NCBI GenBank assembly: GCA_025060295.1
Contig: JANXCH010000011.1
Coordinates: 87,904-151,903, forward strand
Length of the DNA stretch: 64,000 bases
Source: Dehalococcoidia bacterium
GTDB taxonomy: Bacteria; Chloroflexota; Dehalococcoidia; Lucifugimonadales; HRBIN23
Direction of reading: 5' to 3'
Both the position numbers and the translations under genes were made by a program. Position 1 is the first letter of the stretch. Each line of letters begins with the position of its first letter. The notes beneath the pieces were generated by a model, which saw only the letters and a program-made list of their open reading frames with translations, did not search any database and was not told the origin of the DNA. This document shows, piece after piece, positions 8,808 through 18,053 of this stretch.

Positions 8808-10619
8808 ATGCAGAGGACACGGTGGTCGCTCATCCTCATCGGCGTGCTGGGGTTGGCCCTCTTCCTGGTGGGGGCGTGTCGGCCGGCGGCAGCGCCCACC
8901 CCCACCCCTACACGGGCACCCGCCCCCGCCCCCGCCGTCGCCGTTACCCCCACCCCCACACCCATCCCGCCCACGCCCACCCCACCCCCCGTCATCACCC
9001 CCACCGGCACCCTTACCGTCGCCGTCGCCACGGTGAATGTGCCCGCTGGGACTCCCCGCTTCTGCACCGCCGGGTGCGCCGAGAACGTCTACCTCGCCAG
9101 TGTGATGGAGACCCTCTTCCGCCCCGCCTCGGGCGACATCGCCGGCGAGAAGCCCGAAGTGCCCATCCTGGCCGAATCCTGGACTATGGATACCCAGGTG
9201 CCCCCGCGCTGGCTGGACTTCAAACTGCGCCCGGGAATCCAGTTCCACAGAGGCTATGGGGAGATGACCGCCGAGGATGTGGCCTTCTCCTTCAACGACG
9301 CCAACTCCCGCACCACCCCCGAAAGCATCCACGGCCAGGCCGGCGACTTCTACCCCCTCATCAAAAAGATGGAGCCCCTGGACAAGTACACCGTCCGCCT
9401 CTGGTATGAGACCTTTGACAGCCGCGGCCTTCGCCACCGCTTCAGCCTCTTCTGGCAGACCGCTGGTGTGACCAGCAAGAAGGTGTTTGACGAACTGGGC
9501 CCCGAGCGGATGCGCACCGTGTTCATCGGCACCGGCCCCTTCCAGATGGTGGAATACACCCAGAACAAGGGCATCTTTATGGAGGCGGTGGATCGCCACT
9601 GGCGGCAGACGGCCCGCTTCAAGACCGTGCGCATCCTGGAGGTGCCCGAGACGGCCACCCGCCGCGCCATGGCCCTGACGGGTGAGGCGGATATCGTCCA
9701 GGCAGCCCTGAAGGATGTGCCCGACCTGGTGCGGGCAGGTCTGAAGACTGCCGAAACAGGCAACTACGACCAGATGGTTATCTACTTCACCGGCAACTAT
9801 TGGGAGAAGCGCCACCCCATCACGGGCGAGCCCCTCAACCGCAAACTGGACTTGACCAAGCCCTGGGTCTCCCCCAACCCCGACGATGACCCCGCCCGCG
9901 CCGAGCAGGCCCGCAAAATCCGTTGGGCACTGGCTTTGACCATTGACCGTGAGGCGCTGAATCAGGCCATCCTGCAGGGCTTGGGCCGGCCCGTGCACAT
10001 CGGCTATGTGTCCGTGGCCCACAAGGAGTTCCAAGAGAAATGGAAGGTGCCCTACGACCCCGCCCGCGCCCGCCAGCTGCTGCGGGAGGCCGGGGGCTGG
10101 CCCGCTGGCGTCAACATGGAGATGCACTGCTTTACCCCCGCTATCTGGAGCGAACTGTGTGAGGCCATCGCTAGCGTCTGGCTGACCGAGTTGGGCATCA
10201 AGACCGACATTGAGAAGGTGGCCTACACGGTCTACCGCCCAGGCCTGGTGCAGCGCACCACCTCCAAGCCCATCATCTTCCCAGGCGACGATGGCAAGTC
10301 CGCCTTCCCCTATCGCTGGGCCAAGGGCTTCACCAACAGCGCCATCAGTTCGGGTGGGTTCGGCGTGGGCATGGAGATTCCCAAGATGACCGAGTTCTAC
10401 CTCAAGGCTGCCGCTGAGATAGATCCCCTCAAGCAGAAGCAAATTGTGGACCAGTTCCACGACTACTCCTACCACTGGATGCTGATGCCCGGCACCATCG
10501 AGGCTCCCCTCTTGCTTATCTATAACCCGCGCCGCATCGCCTCCTGGGACATCCTGCCCAACGCCAACGGCAACCTGGGGGGCCTGAACAACTTGGAGAG
10601 CGTGGTGCCCGCCCGCTAG
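8808..10619 (+). CDS. ABC transporter substrate-binding lipoprotein, family 5 (peptide/nickel/oligosaccharide type)
   Basis: 603 aa. A signal peptide with a lipobox-like LFLVGAC is followed by a Pro/Thr/Ala linker (APTPTPTRAPAPAPAVAVTPTPTPIPPTPTPPP), then an SBP_bac_5-like body. A GGGAGGGAAGG SD is present. Confidence 0.85.
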   Translation: MQRTRWSLILIGVLGLALFLVGACRPAAAPTPTPTRAPAPAPAVAVTPTPTPIPPTPTPPPVITPTGTLTVAVATVNVPAGTPRFCTAGCAENVYLASVMETLFRPASGDIAGEKPEVPILAESWTMDTQVPPRWLDFKLRPGIQFHRGYGEMTAEDVAFSFNDANSRTTPESIHGQAGDFYPLIKKMEPLDKYTVRLWYETFDSRGLRHRFSLFWQTAGVTSKKVFDELGPERMRTVFIGTGPFQMVEYTQNKGIFMEAVDRHWRQTARFKTVRILEVPETATRRAMALTGEADIVQAALKDVPDLVRAGLKTAETGNYDQMVIYFTGNYWEKRHPITGEPLNRKLDLTKPWVSPNPDDDPARAEQARKIRWALALTIDREALNQAILQGLGRPVHIGYVSVAHKEFQEKWKVPYDPARARQLLREAGGWPAGVNMEMHCFTPAIWSELCEAIASVWLTELGIKTDIEKVAYTVYRPGLVQRTTSKPIIFPGDDGKSAFPYRWAKGFTNSAISSGGFGVGMEIPKMTEFYLKAAAEIDPLKQKQIVDQFHDYSYHWMLMPGTIEAPLLLIYNPRRIASWDILPNANGNLGGLNNLESVVPAR

Positions 10620-10626
10620 GAGAGGG

Positions 10627-11565
10627 ATGGTTCGCTTCCTCGTCCGCCGGTTCATCTTTATGATCCTGGCCCTCATCGGGGCCACCATGCTGGTGTTCTT
10701 CATGTCCCGAGCCGGCGGACGCGACCCGCGCTACCTGTATGCCCAGGCCGGCGGGTACGGCCTCTCCCCCGCCATGTGGGAGGAGTTGGGACGGCGCCTC
10801 CACTTGGACAAGCCCCTCATCGTCCAGTATCTCCTCTGGTTAGGGGACACCATGCGAGGGGATTTGGGGGAGTCGCTTATGGACCGCCGGCCTGTGGCCG
10901 AAAAGATAGCGGAGCGGATTCCCAACACCCTGCGGTTAGCCCTAGCGGCGTGGCTGTTCGCCACCTTTGTGGGAGTGCCCCTGGGGGTGCTCTCGGCCGT
11001 CAAGCGGGGCACCGTCTGGGACTATATCGCACGCGCCTTCGCCATGATGGGCCAGGCGGCCCCCCCCTTCTGGGTGGGCCTGATGGCCATTCTCCTCTTC
11101 TCCGTCCAACTGCGCCTGCTCCCCACCGGCACCATGGGGGAGGGCATCGCCATCCGCAACTACATCATGCCCTCCATAACTTTGGGGTGGCTGGCGGCGG
11201 CGGGCTATTTGCGCCTCACCCGCTCGGCCATGCTGGAGGTGCTGGACGCCGAGTTCATCAAGTTGGCCCGGGCCAAGGGGGTCAGCGAGTGGATGGTCAT
11301 CTGGAAACACGCCTTCCGCAACGCCCTCATCCCCCCGCTGACCCTCTCGGCCATTATTTTGGCGGGCTTCCTGGCGGGCGCCGTCGTGGTGGAGACGGTG
11401 TTCTCCTGGCCCGGGGTGGGCCGCCTGGCCTATGAGTCCGTGCTCAACGACGACTTCCCCCAGATTACCGCATGCGTGCTGGTGTTCACGGCCGGGTACC
11501 TGGTGCTCAACTTCCTCACCGACTTGGCCTATGCCGTCATTGACCCCCGTATCCGCATCAGTTAG
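10627..11565 (+). CDS. ABC transporter permease (DppB/OppB-like)
   Basis: 312 aa and multi-TM. Contains the EAA-type region ...FIKLARAKGVSEWMVIWKHAFRNALIP. Confidence 0.9.
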   Translation: MVRFLVRRFIFMILALIGATMLVFFMSRAGGRDPRYLYAQAGGYGLSPAMWEELGRRLHLDKPLIVQYLLWLGDTMRGDLGESLMDRRPVAEKIAERIPNTLRLALAAWLFATFVGVPLGVLSAVKRGTVWDYIARAFAMMGQAAPPFWVGLMAILLFSVQLRLLPTGTMGEGIAIRNYIMPSITLGWLAAAGYLRLTRSAMLEVLDAEFIKLARAKGVSEWMVIWKHAFRNALIPPLTLSAIILAGFLAGAVVVETVFSWPGVGRLAYESVLNDDFPQITACVLVFTAGYLVLNFLTDLAYAVIDPRIRIS

Positions 11566-11574
11566 GGGGATGCC

Positions 11575-12471
11575 ATGGCCAATGTAACTGTCGCTGTTCC
11601 CCGCAACCGCCTGGTGCTGGCCCTGCCGGGCAAAGCCTTCTCCGCCCTTACCCGTTGGCCGGTTATCCCCCTGGTCATCCTCACCACAATGGTCTTTACA
11701 GCCATTTTCGCCCCCGTTTTGGCCCCGCACGATCCGGTCAAGGCTAGCCTGGTCAAGCGCAACATCCCCCCCGCCTGGACGGCGAAGGGCACCTCCGAAC
11801 ATCTGCTGGGCACCGACCCCGTCGGACGGGATATCCTCAGCCGTCTGATGTTCGGAGCGCGGGTCTCCCTGATGGTGGTGGGCATCTCCTTGGCCACAGG
11901 CCTGCTGGTGGGGACGACCTTGGGCATCATCGCCGGGTATTTCGGGGGCCTGTTGGACGAAATCATCAGCCGTTTTGTGGACATCTGGCTGTCCTTACCC
12001 CTGATCGTCTTGGCGTTGGCCATCGTCATCGTTTTCGGGCAGAGTTTCGGAGTGATGATCGGTCTTTTGGCCCTTTTGGCGTGGGCACCCTTCGTCCGCA
12101 ATGTGCGGGCGGAGGTCATGGTGCTCAAGACAAAGGACTATGTGGCTCTGGCCAAGGTGGCGGGAGCCTCTACTTTGCGCATTATGGTTACCCACATCCT
12201 CCCCGGCGTCTTGAACACCGTGATCGTCATCGCCACCCTGCGGGTGGGGCAACTGATCCTCTTTGAGGCCATCCTCAGTTTCCTGGGTGCGGGCATCCCC
12301 CCGCCTACACCTGCCTGGGGTGTCATGGTGGCTGACGGGCGCGACTATGTGCACAGCGCTTGGTGGGTCTCTTTCTTCCCCGGCCTGGCCATCTTCCTGG
12401 TGGTCATGAGCCTCAACTTCTTGGGCGACTGGATGCGCGACCGCTTTGACCCGCGCCTGCGCCAACTGTAA
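11575..12471 (+). CDS. ABC transporter permease (DppC/OppC-like)
   Basis: 298 aa. The N-terminus reads ...HLLGTDPVGRDILSRLMFGARVSL and the EAA region reads YVALAKVAGASTLRIMVTHILPGVL. Confidence 0.9.
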   Translation: MANVTVAVPRNRLVLALPGKAFSALTRWPVIPLVILTTMVFTAIFAPVLAPHDPVKASLVKRNIPPAWTAKGTSEHLLGTDPVGRDILSRLMFGARVSLMVVGISLATGLLVGTTLGIIAGYFGGLLDEIISRFVDIWLSLPLIVLALAIVIVFGQSFGVMIGLLALLAWAPFVRNVRAEVMVLKTKDYVALAKVAGASTLRIMVTHILPGVLNTVIVIATLRVGQLILFEAILSFLGAGIPPPTPAWGVMVADGRDYVHSAWWVSFFPGLAIFLVVMSLNFLGDWMRDRFDPRLRQL

Positions 12472-12492
12472 CGGTATTCCCCGAGGGCAAGG

Positions 12493-13785
12493 GTGCAGGT
12501 AGCCCGCGCCGTCGGTCGGCGTCTCCCCGTGTTCTATGGCTGGGTAGTGGTGGGGGCGGCCGGCTCTACCATGTTCGTGCGCAATGCGGCGGCCAGCCTG
12601 ACGCTGGCCGTCTTTGTGTACCCCATGGCCGCTGACCTCGGCTGGAGCCGCACCCTCATCGCTGGAGCGGCCAGCCTGGGGGGCATCCTGGCCACCGCCG
12701 CCTCGCCCCTCTCCGGCTGGGCCGTGGACCGCTACGGCCCCCGCCGGGTGCTCCTGGGGAGTGTGGTGGTTCTGGGGTTGTCCACCCTGGCCCTTGGCTG
12801 GGCCAGCACCCCCCTGGTCTTCTACCTGGCCTACGCTGTCGGACGCGTCCTCTTCTCTAGCCCTATCCAGATTGGGGCGTCGGTGGCCGTCTCCCAGTGG
12901 TTCATCCGCCTGCGGGGGAGGGCCAACGCCTTCCTGTTCCTGGCCCACGCCTTGGGTATGGGCCTGTTCCCCCTCATCGCCCAGGGCCTTATGGCGCTGG
13001 GCGGGGGCGAGGCGTGGCGGCAGGCCTGGGTAGGGCTGGGCCTGCTGGTGTGGGGCGTGGCGGTGCTCCCCGTGGCCCTGCTATTGGTGGGCAAGCCCGA
13101 GGAGATGGGCCTTGCCCCCGATGGTTCCACGCCCCCCACCCCTGGAGGCCCCAAGCCCTTTCCCCCCGCTCCCCCCGACACCTCCTTCACCACGGCCCAA
13201 GCCCTGCGCACCCCAGCCCTATGGCTTTTGGCTCTGGCGGGGGGCCTGCTCTTCTGCGTCCACGCCGGGGTGAACATCCACCAGGGGGCCTACCTGCGGG
13301 ATAAGGGCCTGGCGGCGAGCATGGCCGCCTTCGCCATCGCCGTCAACGCCGCTTGCACGGGCGGGGGGAGCCTGGTGTGGGGCTTCCTGTCGGAGCGCCT
13401 CCCGGTGCGCTGGCTCTATGTGGCGACGGCAGGCACTATCGCCCTCGCCTCCGTCCTCTTCGCCCAGGTGAACACAGTGGCAGAAGCCTTCGGGGTAACG
13501 GCCCTGTTCGGCTTTGGGCTGGGAGGCATGCTGGTCCTCCCCTCCGTCGCCTACGCCAACTACTTCGGGCGCCGCTTCCTGGGAAGCATCCGAGGTCTTG
13601 CCGAGCCTTTCGTGGCAGGGGGACAGGCTGTGGGAGCCCTTTTGGCCGGGGCGATCTTCGACGCCACCGGCAGTTACCAGACGGCCTTCCTGCTATACGC
13701 GGGCACAGGCTTGACAGCGGCTCTCCTGCTGGTGGGAGCTCGCCCCCCCACTCCGCCTCAGGTGGCGCCCCCTCCCCGCCCTTGA
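12493..13785 (+). CDS. MFS transporter
   Basis: 430 aa with ~12 predicted hydrophobic segments and a central Pro-rich loop. Uses a GTG start with a GAGGG SD. Confidence 0.8.
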   Translation: MQVARAVGRRLPVFYGWVVVGAAGSTMFVRNAAASLTLAVFVYPMAADLGWSRTLIAGAASLGGILATAASPLSGWAVDRYGPRRVLLGSVVVLGLSTLALGWASTPLVFYLAYAVGRVLFSSPIQIGASVAVSQWFIRLRGRANAFLFLAHALGMGLFPLIAQGLMALGGGEAWRQAWVGLGLLVWGVAVLPVALLLVGKPEEMGLAPDGSTPPTPGGPKPFPPAPPDTSFTTAQALRTPALWLLALAGGLLFCVHAGVNIHQGAYLRDKGLAASMAAFAIAVNAACTGGGSLVWGFLSERLPVRWLYVATAGTIALASVLFAQVNTVAEAFGVTALFGFGLGGMLVLPSVAYANYFGRRFLGSIRGLAEPFVAGGQAVGALLAGAIFDATGSYQTAFLLYAGTGLTAALLLVGARPPTPPQVAPPPRP

Positions 13786-13810
13786 CGACTCCCCGCCCAC
13801 AGGGGATAAT
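13782..13810 (+). promoter_or_regulatory. candidate internal promoter for dehydratase paralog 3
   Basis: TTGACG (13782..13787), a 17-nt spacer, then GATAAT (13805..13810). It overlaps the 3' end of the MFS gene, 27 nt before ATG 13838. Confidence 0.4.
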
Positions 13811-13837
13811 GCCCCCGAACCCCTGGGAGGGGACGCC

Positions 13838-14986
13838 ATGAAAATCACCGACCTGCGCGTGTTCCCTATGCAGGGTGGCCACGCCAACTGGACATTCGTG
13901 AAAATCTACACCGACAGCGGGTTGACCGGTGTGGGGGAAGCCACCTTAGAGCGCTTTGATGCCGCCGTCATCCGCACCCTGGAGTCCTTCCGGGACTTCC
14001 TGATCGGCCAAGATCCCTTCCAGATTGAATACATCTGGACGACCATTTACAAGAAGACCTTTTGGCACGGGGGTGTGATTGTCCTCACCGCCCTGAGCGG
14101 GGTGGAGCAGGCTCTGTGGGATATCAAGGGGAAGGCTTTGGGGGTGCCCGTGTACGAACTCCTCGGGGGCAAGGTGCGGGATACAGTGCGCGCCTACGCC
14201 AACGCCTGGGCCTTCCATCGGGGGGTCTACTTCGGCCCCGATACCCCCGATACCATCGCCCGCCGCGCCCAGGAGATGGTGGCCAAAGGCTTCACCGCCC
14301 TCAAATGGGACCCCTTCGGCAACGCCGGCCAGGTCATCGGCAAGGAGGACGAGGAGTTCGCCATCGCCAGTGTCCGCGCCGTGCGGGAGGCCGTCGGCCC
14401 CAAAGTAGACCTGCTGATTGAGTGCCACGGGCGCTTCAATGTGTGGAGCGCCATCCGCATGGCCCACAAACTGGAGGCCTTTGACCCCTTCTTCTACGAG
14501 GAGCCCATCCCCCCCGACAATGTGGACGCCCTGGCCGCAGTGGCCGCCGCCATCCGTATCCCCGTGGCCACCGGCGAGCGCCTGTTCACCCGCTGGGAGT
14601 TCCGCACCCTCCTGGAGAAGCACGCCGCCCGCATCATTCAGCCTGATGTCTGCCACGCCGGGGGCATCCTGGAGACCAAGAAAATCGCCGCTATGGCCGA
14701 GGCCTACTACGTCGCCGTCCAGCCCCATAACCCCAACGGCCCCATCTCCACCTTGGCCAGCCTCCACCTGGACGCCACCATCCCTAACTGCATCTTCCAG
14801 GAGTTCTTCTACCCCTATCTGGATTTGTATAACGAAATCCTCACCGTCCCCATCACCTACGAAAAGGGCTCCCTCCGCATCCCCAACGGCCCCGGCCTGG
14901 GGGCCGACATCCGCGAGGAGGTGATTCGCAAGTATCCGCCTGTGTCCCACCCCCTGCCCGCCCCCTGGGGCGGACCGTACTTCTAG
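13838..14986 (+). CDS. enolase-superfamily acid-sugar dehydratase, paralog 3
   Basis: Reads MKITDLRVFPMQGGHANWTFVKIYTDSGLTGVGEAT...SGVEQALWDIKGKALGVPVYELLGG...ECHGRF...FYEEP...QPDVCHAGGI...PHNPNGP. A GGGAGGGG SD is present. Confidence 0.85.
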   Translation: MKITDLRVFPMQGGHANWTFVKIYTDSGLTGVGEATLERFDAAVIRTLESFRDFLIGQDPFQIEYIWTTIYKKTFWHGGVIVLTALSGVEQALWDIKGKALGVPVYELLGGKVRDTVRAYANAWAFHRGVYFGPDTPDTIARRAQEMVAKGFTALKWDPFGNAGQVIGKEDEEFAIASVRAVREAVGPKVDLLIECHGRFNVWSAIRMAHKLEAFDPFFYEEPIPPDNVDALAAVAAAIRIPVATGERLFTRWEFRTLLEKHAARIIQPDVCHAGGILETKKIAAMAEAYYVAVQPHNPNGPISTLASLHLDATIPNCIFQEFFYPYLDLYNEILTVPITYEKGSLRIPNGPGLGADIREEVIRKYPPVSHPLPAPWGGPYF

Positions 14987-15038
14987 CCGTCGCTCTGCAG
15001 AGGAGAGACTCACTCCCCCACGCCTACAGGAGGAGCAT

Positions 15039-15827
15039 ATGGATCTCGGCCTGAAAGGACGGGTTGCCATTGTAACCGGAGGGAGCGAAGGCATAGGGAA
15101 AGCAACCGCCCTGCGCCTGGCGCAGGAGGGGGCCAAGGTGGCCATCTGCGCCCGACGCCCCGGCCCCTTGGAGCAGGCCGCCCAGGCCATCCGCGCCCAG
15201 GGGGGCGAAGTTTTGGCCATCCCCGCTGATGTAACGCGCCCAGAGGATGTGCAGCGGGTCGTGGATACGGTGCTAGCCCACTGGGGAAGGATAGACATTC
15301 TCATCAACAACGCCGGCACCTCCGCCGCCCACCCCTTTGAATCCGTCTCCGATGAAGGGTGGGAGGCCGACTTCGCTTTGAAGGTGTGGCCAGCCATCCG
15401 CTTCACCCGTGCCGTCCTGCCCACCATGAAGGCCCAGCGGTGGGGGCGGATTATCAATGTCACCAACATCGGTGGGCGCGCCCCCGTCGCCCGCTCCGTC
15501 CCCACCTCCGTCAGCCGCGCCGCCGGCATCGCCCTCACCAAGGCCCTCTCCAAAGAGTTCGCCCCCTACAACATATTGGTCAACACCGTCTGCATCGGCC
15601 TCGTCAAAAGCGCTCAGCACGAACGGCGCTATCAGAAGGCCAAAGAGCAAAACCCCACCCTGACGCTAGAGCAGTTTTACGCCGAGATGGGCAAGAGCGT
15701 GCCTCTGGGACGTGTGGGCGAGACCGAGGAAGCTGCCGATGTCATTGTCTTCCTGGCGTCCGAGCGCGCCAGTTACATCACAGGCGTGGCCATCAACATA
15801 GACGGGGGCACCAGCCCCGTCGTCTAA
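15039..15827 (+). CDS. SDR-family oxidoreductase
   Basis: Has TGGSEGIGKA (the TGxxxGIG motif), NNAG, and an S...Y/K catalytic region. An AGGAGGAG SD is present. Confidence 0.85.
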   Translation: MDLGLKGRVAIVTGGSEGIGKATALRLAQEGAKVAICARRPGPLEQAAQAIRAQGGEVLAIPADVTRPEDVQRVVDTVLAHWGRIDILINNAGTSAAHPFESVSDEGWEADFALKVWPAIRFTRAVLPTMKAQRWGRIINVTNIGGRAPVARSVPTSVSRAAGIALTKALSKEFAPYNILVNTVCIGLVKSAQHERRYQKAKEQNPTLTLEQFYAEMGKSVPLGRVGETEEAADVIVFLASERASYITGVAINIDGGTSPVV

Positions 15828-15832
15828 CACCC

Positions 15833-17560
15833 CTACCGGCGGCGGAACTCCTTCTCCACATACGCCCGGGACAGGAGCACCAGGGTGGGTCGCCCGTGAG
15901 GGCAGGTGTAGGGATCCTCTGCCCGCCCCAGGTCCTCCAACAGGGAGGCCATCTCCTGGGGCGAGAGGAGCATCCCCGCCGTGACGGCGCTGTGGCAGGC
16001 CACCACAGCCGCCACCCGCGCCTCCATCCCCATCCCCTGGGGGAGGTCGTCCCCCAGCAGGGCATCCAGAAAGTCCAAGAAAGCCGGGCGGGGGGGTTTG
16101 CCCACCAAAGGCGCGGGCATCCCCCGCACCAGCACCGCCCGCTCACCGAAAGGCTCCACCTGCCAGCCCGCCTGGGCGATGGCGTCCTGCCCGTCGGCCA
16201 GGGCCTGGGCTTGGGGAGGCGAAAGCTCCACCACCACGGGCTCTAAAAGGCCCTGCGTCCACGGCTCGCGGCGGCGCAGACGCTCCCACACCCGTTCAAA
16301 GAGCACCCGCTCATGAGCGGCGTGCTGGTCTATCAGGTACAGCCCCTCGGCCCCCTCGGCCACGATGTAGCACGCCCCCATCTGCCCCAGGGGGCGCAAC
16401 GCGGGCAAAGCCACCCGCAACGCCGGCGCAGGGGGCGACGCCACCCCCGCTGTGGGCGCAGGCGCCTCCCCGCGCCCCCGCACCGTGCCCCCTCCCCCCC
16501 GCCCACCCAGAGGCGGGGCAGGGCCAACCTCGGGCCGCAGTAAGGGGACCGCAACCTGGGGGACAGCACTACGAGCCACCACCGCCTCCCGCACAGTTCG
16601 TTGGAGTAGCCCCGCCACTTCCCCCTCGGCAGCGATGCGCACCTCAGCCTTACTGGGGTGGACATTGGCATCCACCTGCTCGGAGGGAAGGGTCAGGTGC
16701 ACCACGGCCAGGGGATGCCTCTCCTGGGGCAGAAGGCCCGTATAGGCCTCCTCCACGGCGAAGGCCAGGGCGCGCGCCTGCACGGGGCGACGATTCACAA
16801 TGATGCTGATGTTCCCCCGATGGGAGCGGTGCAGATCCGGCGGGCTCACCAGACCCCATATCTTCCACCCCCGCTCGGGGGCCTCCCCCTGAACCTCCAC
16901 CAACGCCTGGGCCACCTGGGAGCCATAGACAGCCCCCACGGCGTCCCGCAGGTTGCCATTCCCCGGCGCCGTGAGCACCGTGCGCCCGTCCACCTGCAGA
17001 GTGAAGCGCACCTGGGGAAAGGCCAGCACATAGGCACACACCACCTGCTGACAGCGGGCCGCTTCAGCCGACGGGGAACGCAAAAACTTGCGCCGCGCCG
17101 GCACGTTGCGGAACAGACCCCGCACCGTTAGGGTCGTCCCCACGCGGGCCCCGGCGGGCTCCCGACGGAGCACCGCCCCCTCCCGCACCTCCACCAGCGT
17201 CCCCTGCTCCTCGTCCCGATGGCGCGTCAACAGACTCACCCAGGAGACTTGGGCGATACTATACAGCGCCTCCCCCCGAAAGCCCAGGGTAGCGATGGCC
17301 TCCAGATCCTTCGCCGACGCCAGTTTACTGGTGGCGTGGCGCTGAAAGAGCAGGGGCACATCGGCCTGGGGGATGCCCACCCCATCGTCGGAGACGCGGA
17401 TGCGCTCCATCCCCCCACCCACCACCTCCACCACCACCTGCGTCGCCCCCGCGTCCAGAGCATTCTCCACCAACTCCTTCACCACCGAGGCGGGACGTTC
17501 CACCACCTCCCCCGCTGCAATGCGGGCAGCCACCTCGGGGTCTAGAACACGGATAGGCAC
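15833..17560 (-). CDS. mutL: DNA mismatch repair protein MutL
   Basis: Reads (M)PIRVLDPEVAARIAAGEVVERPASVVKELVENALDAGA...GFRGEAL...CPHGRPT. Uses a GTG start with an AGGAG SD. Confidence 0.95.
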   Translation of the reverse strand: MPIRVLDPEVAARIAAGEVVERPASVVKELVENALDAGATQVVVEVVGGGMERIRVSDDGVGIPQADVPLLFQRHATSKLASAKDLEAIATLGFRGEALYSIAQVSWVSLLTRHRDEEQGTLVEVREGAVLRREPAGARVGTTLTVRGLFRNVPARRKFLRSPSAEAARCQQVVCAYVLAFPQVRFTLQVDGRTVLTAPGNGNLRDAVGAVYGSQVAQALVEVQGEAPERGWKIWGLVSPPDLHRSHRGNISIIVNRRPVQARALAFAVEEAYTGLLPQERHPLAVVHLTLPSEQVDANVHPSKAEVRIAAEGEVAGLLQRTVREAVVARSAVPQVAVPLLRPEVGPAPPLGGRGGGGTVRGRGEAPAPTAGVASPPAPALRVALPALRPLGQMGACYIVAEGAEGLYLIDQHAAHERVLFERVWERLRRREPWTQGLLEPVVVELSPPQAQALADGQDAIAQAGWQVEPFGERAVLVRGMPAPLVGKPPRPAFLDFLDALLGDDLPQGMGMEARVAAVVACHSAVTAGMLLSPQEMASLLEDLGRAEDPYTCPHGRPTLVLLSRAYVEKEFRRR

Positions 17561-17568
17561 AGATGCTC

Positions 17569-18012
17569 CTACACGGTGGGGCGGCGATAGGCGTCGTCGC
17601 TACTGTGCCCGTAGAGGGCGATGTCGCGGATAATGCGGTAGACCCGCTCCATCTCCCGGTCGTCGGGCTTGGGCCAAAAGTACGGGCGCACCACAATCCC
17701 CCCCAACGCCGACACGATTTCCGGGTAATCGTCCACCACCACATCGGGCATGCGTGGAATGACCCCCTGAGCCACAAGACGCTCCACCGCAGCCCGATAG
17801 TTCTGCAACGGCTTCTCATACACCCCTACCACATAGGAGGCCAGCCCCACACTGCGCACCTCCCCCCATCGCACCCCCATCCCCGACCAGATGTGGAGGG
17901 TATGCCCGTCCTCCCGCAGCCGTTGGAACACCTCCTTCACCAAAGGGCGCAAGGTGCCATCCATGGCCAGGATGGTGTAGTCCATATCAAAAAAGAGGTT
18001 GAGGGAGCGCAT
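17569..18012 (-). CDS. small HAD-like hydrolase between mutS and mutL
   Basis: Reads MRSLNLFFDMDYTILAMDG (the DxDxT motif I)...HIWSG...VVDD. The GGGAGG SD favours ATG 18012, with 18018 as an alternative. The track ORF (to 18555) is an over-extension into mutS. Confidence 0.7.
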   Translation of the reverse strand: MRSLNLFFDMDYTILAMDGTLRPLVKEVFQRLREDGHTLHIWSGMGVRWGEVRSVGLASYVVGVYEKPLQNYRAAVERLVAQGVIPRMPDVVVDDYPEIVSALGGIVVRPYFWPKPDDREMERVYRIIRDIALYGHSSDDAYRRPTV

Positions 18013-18053
18013 CGGCATCCTCCCAAAGGTGTCCTGCAGGGTCTGTGCTAGGG

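Noticed and set aside
8880-9010. Short CCCACCCCCAC/ACCCC-rich repeats that look periodic
   Set aside because: They encode the Pro/Thr/Ala linker of the SBP lipoprotein. The region shows no repeat-spacer architecture, so this is not a CRISPR array or a minisatellite of independent significance.
8499-10703. 734-aa minus-strand ORF, the longest of many large ORFs antisense to confidently called genes. Others include 1556..2650+, 5297..6532+, 13946..15553-, 18192..19619+, 31599..33419+, 33432..34760+, 36246..37649+, 41150..42130-, 44573..45679+, 54930..56174- and 56485..57804-.
   Set aside because: These are typical high-GC shadow ORFs. They sit exactly opposite genes with strong family signatures. 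They are rich in Gly, His, Arg, Pro and Ala, have no recognisable motifs, and have no SD at their starts.
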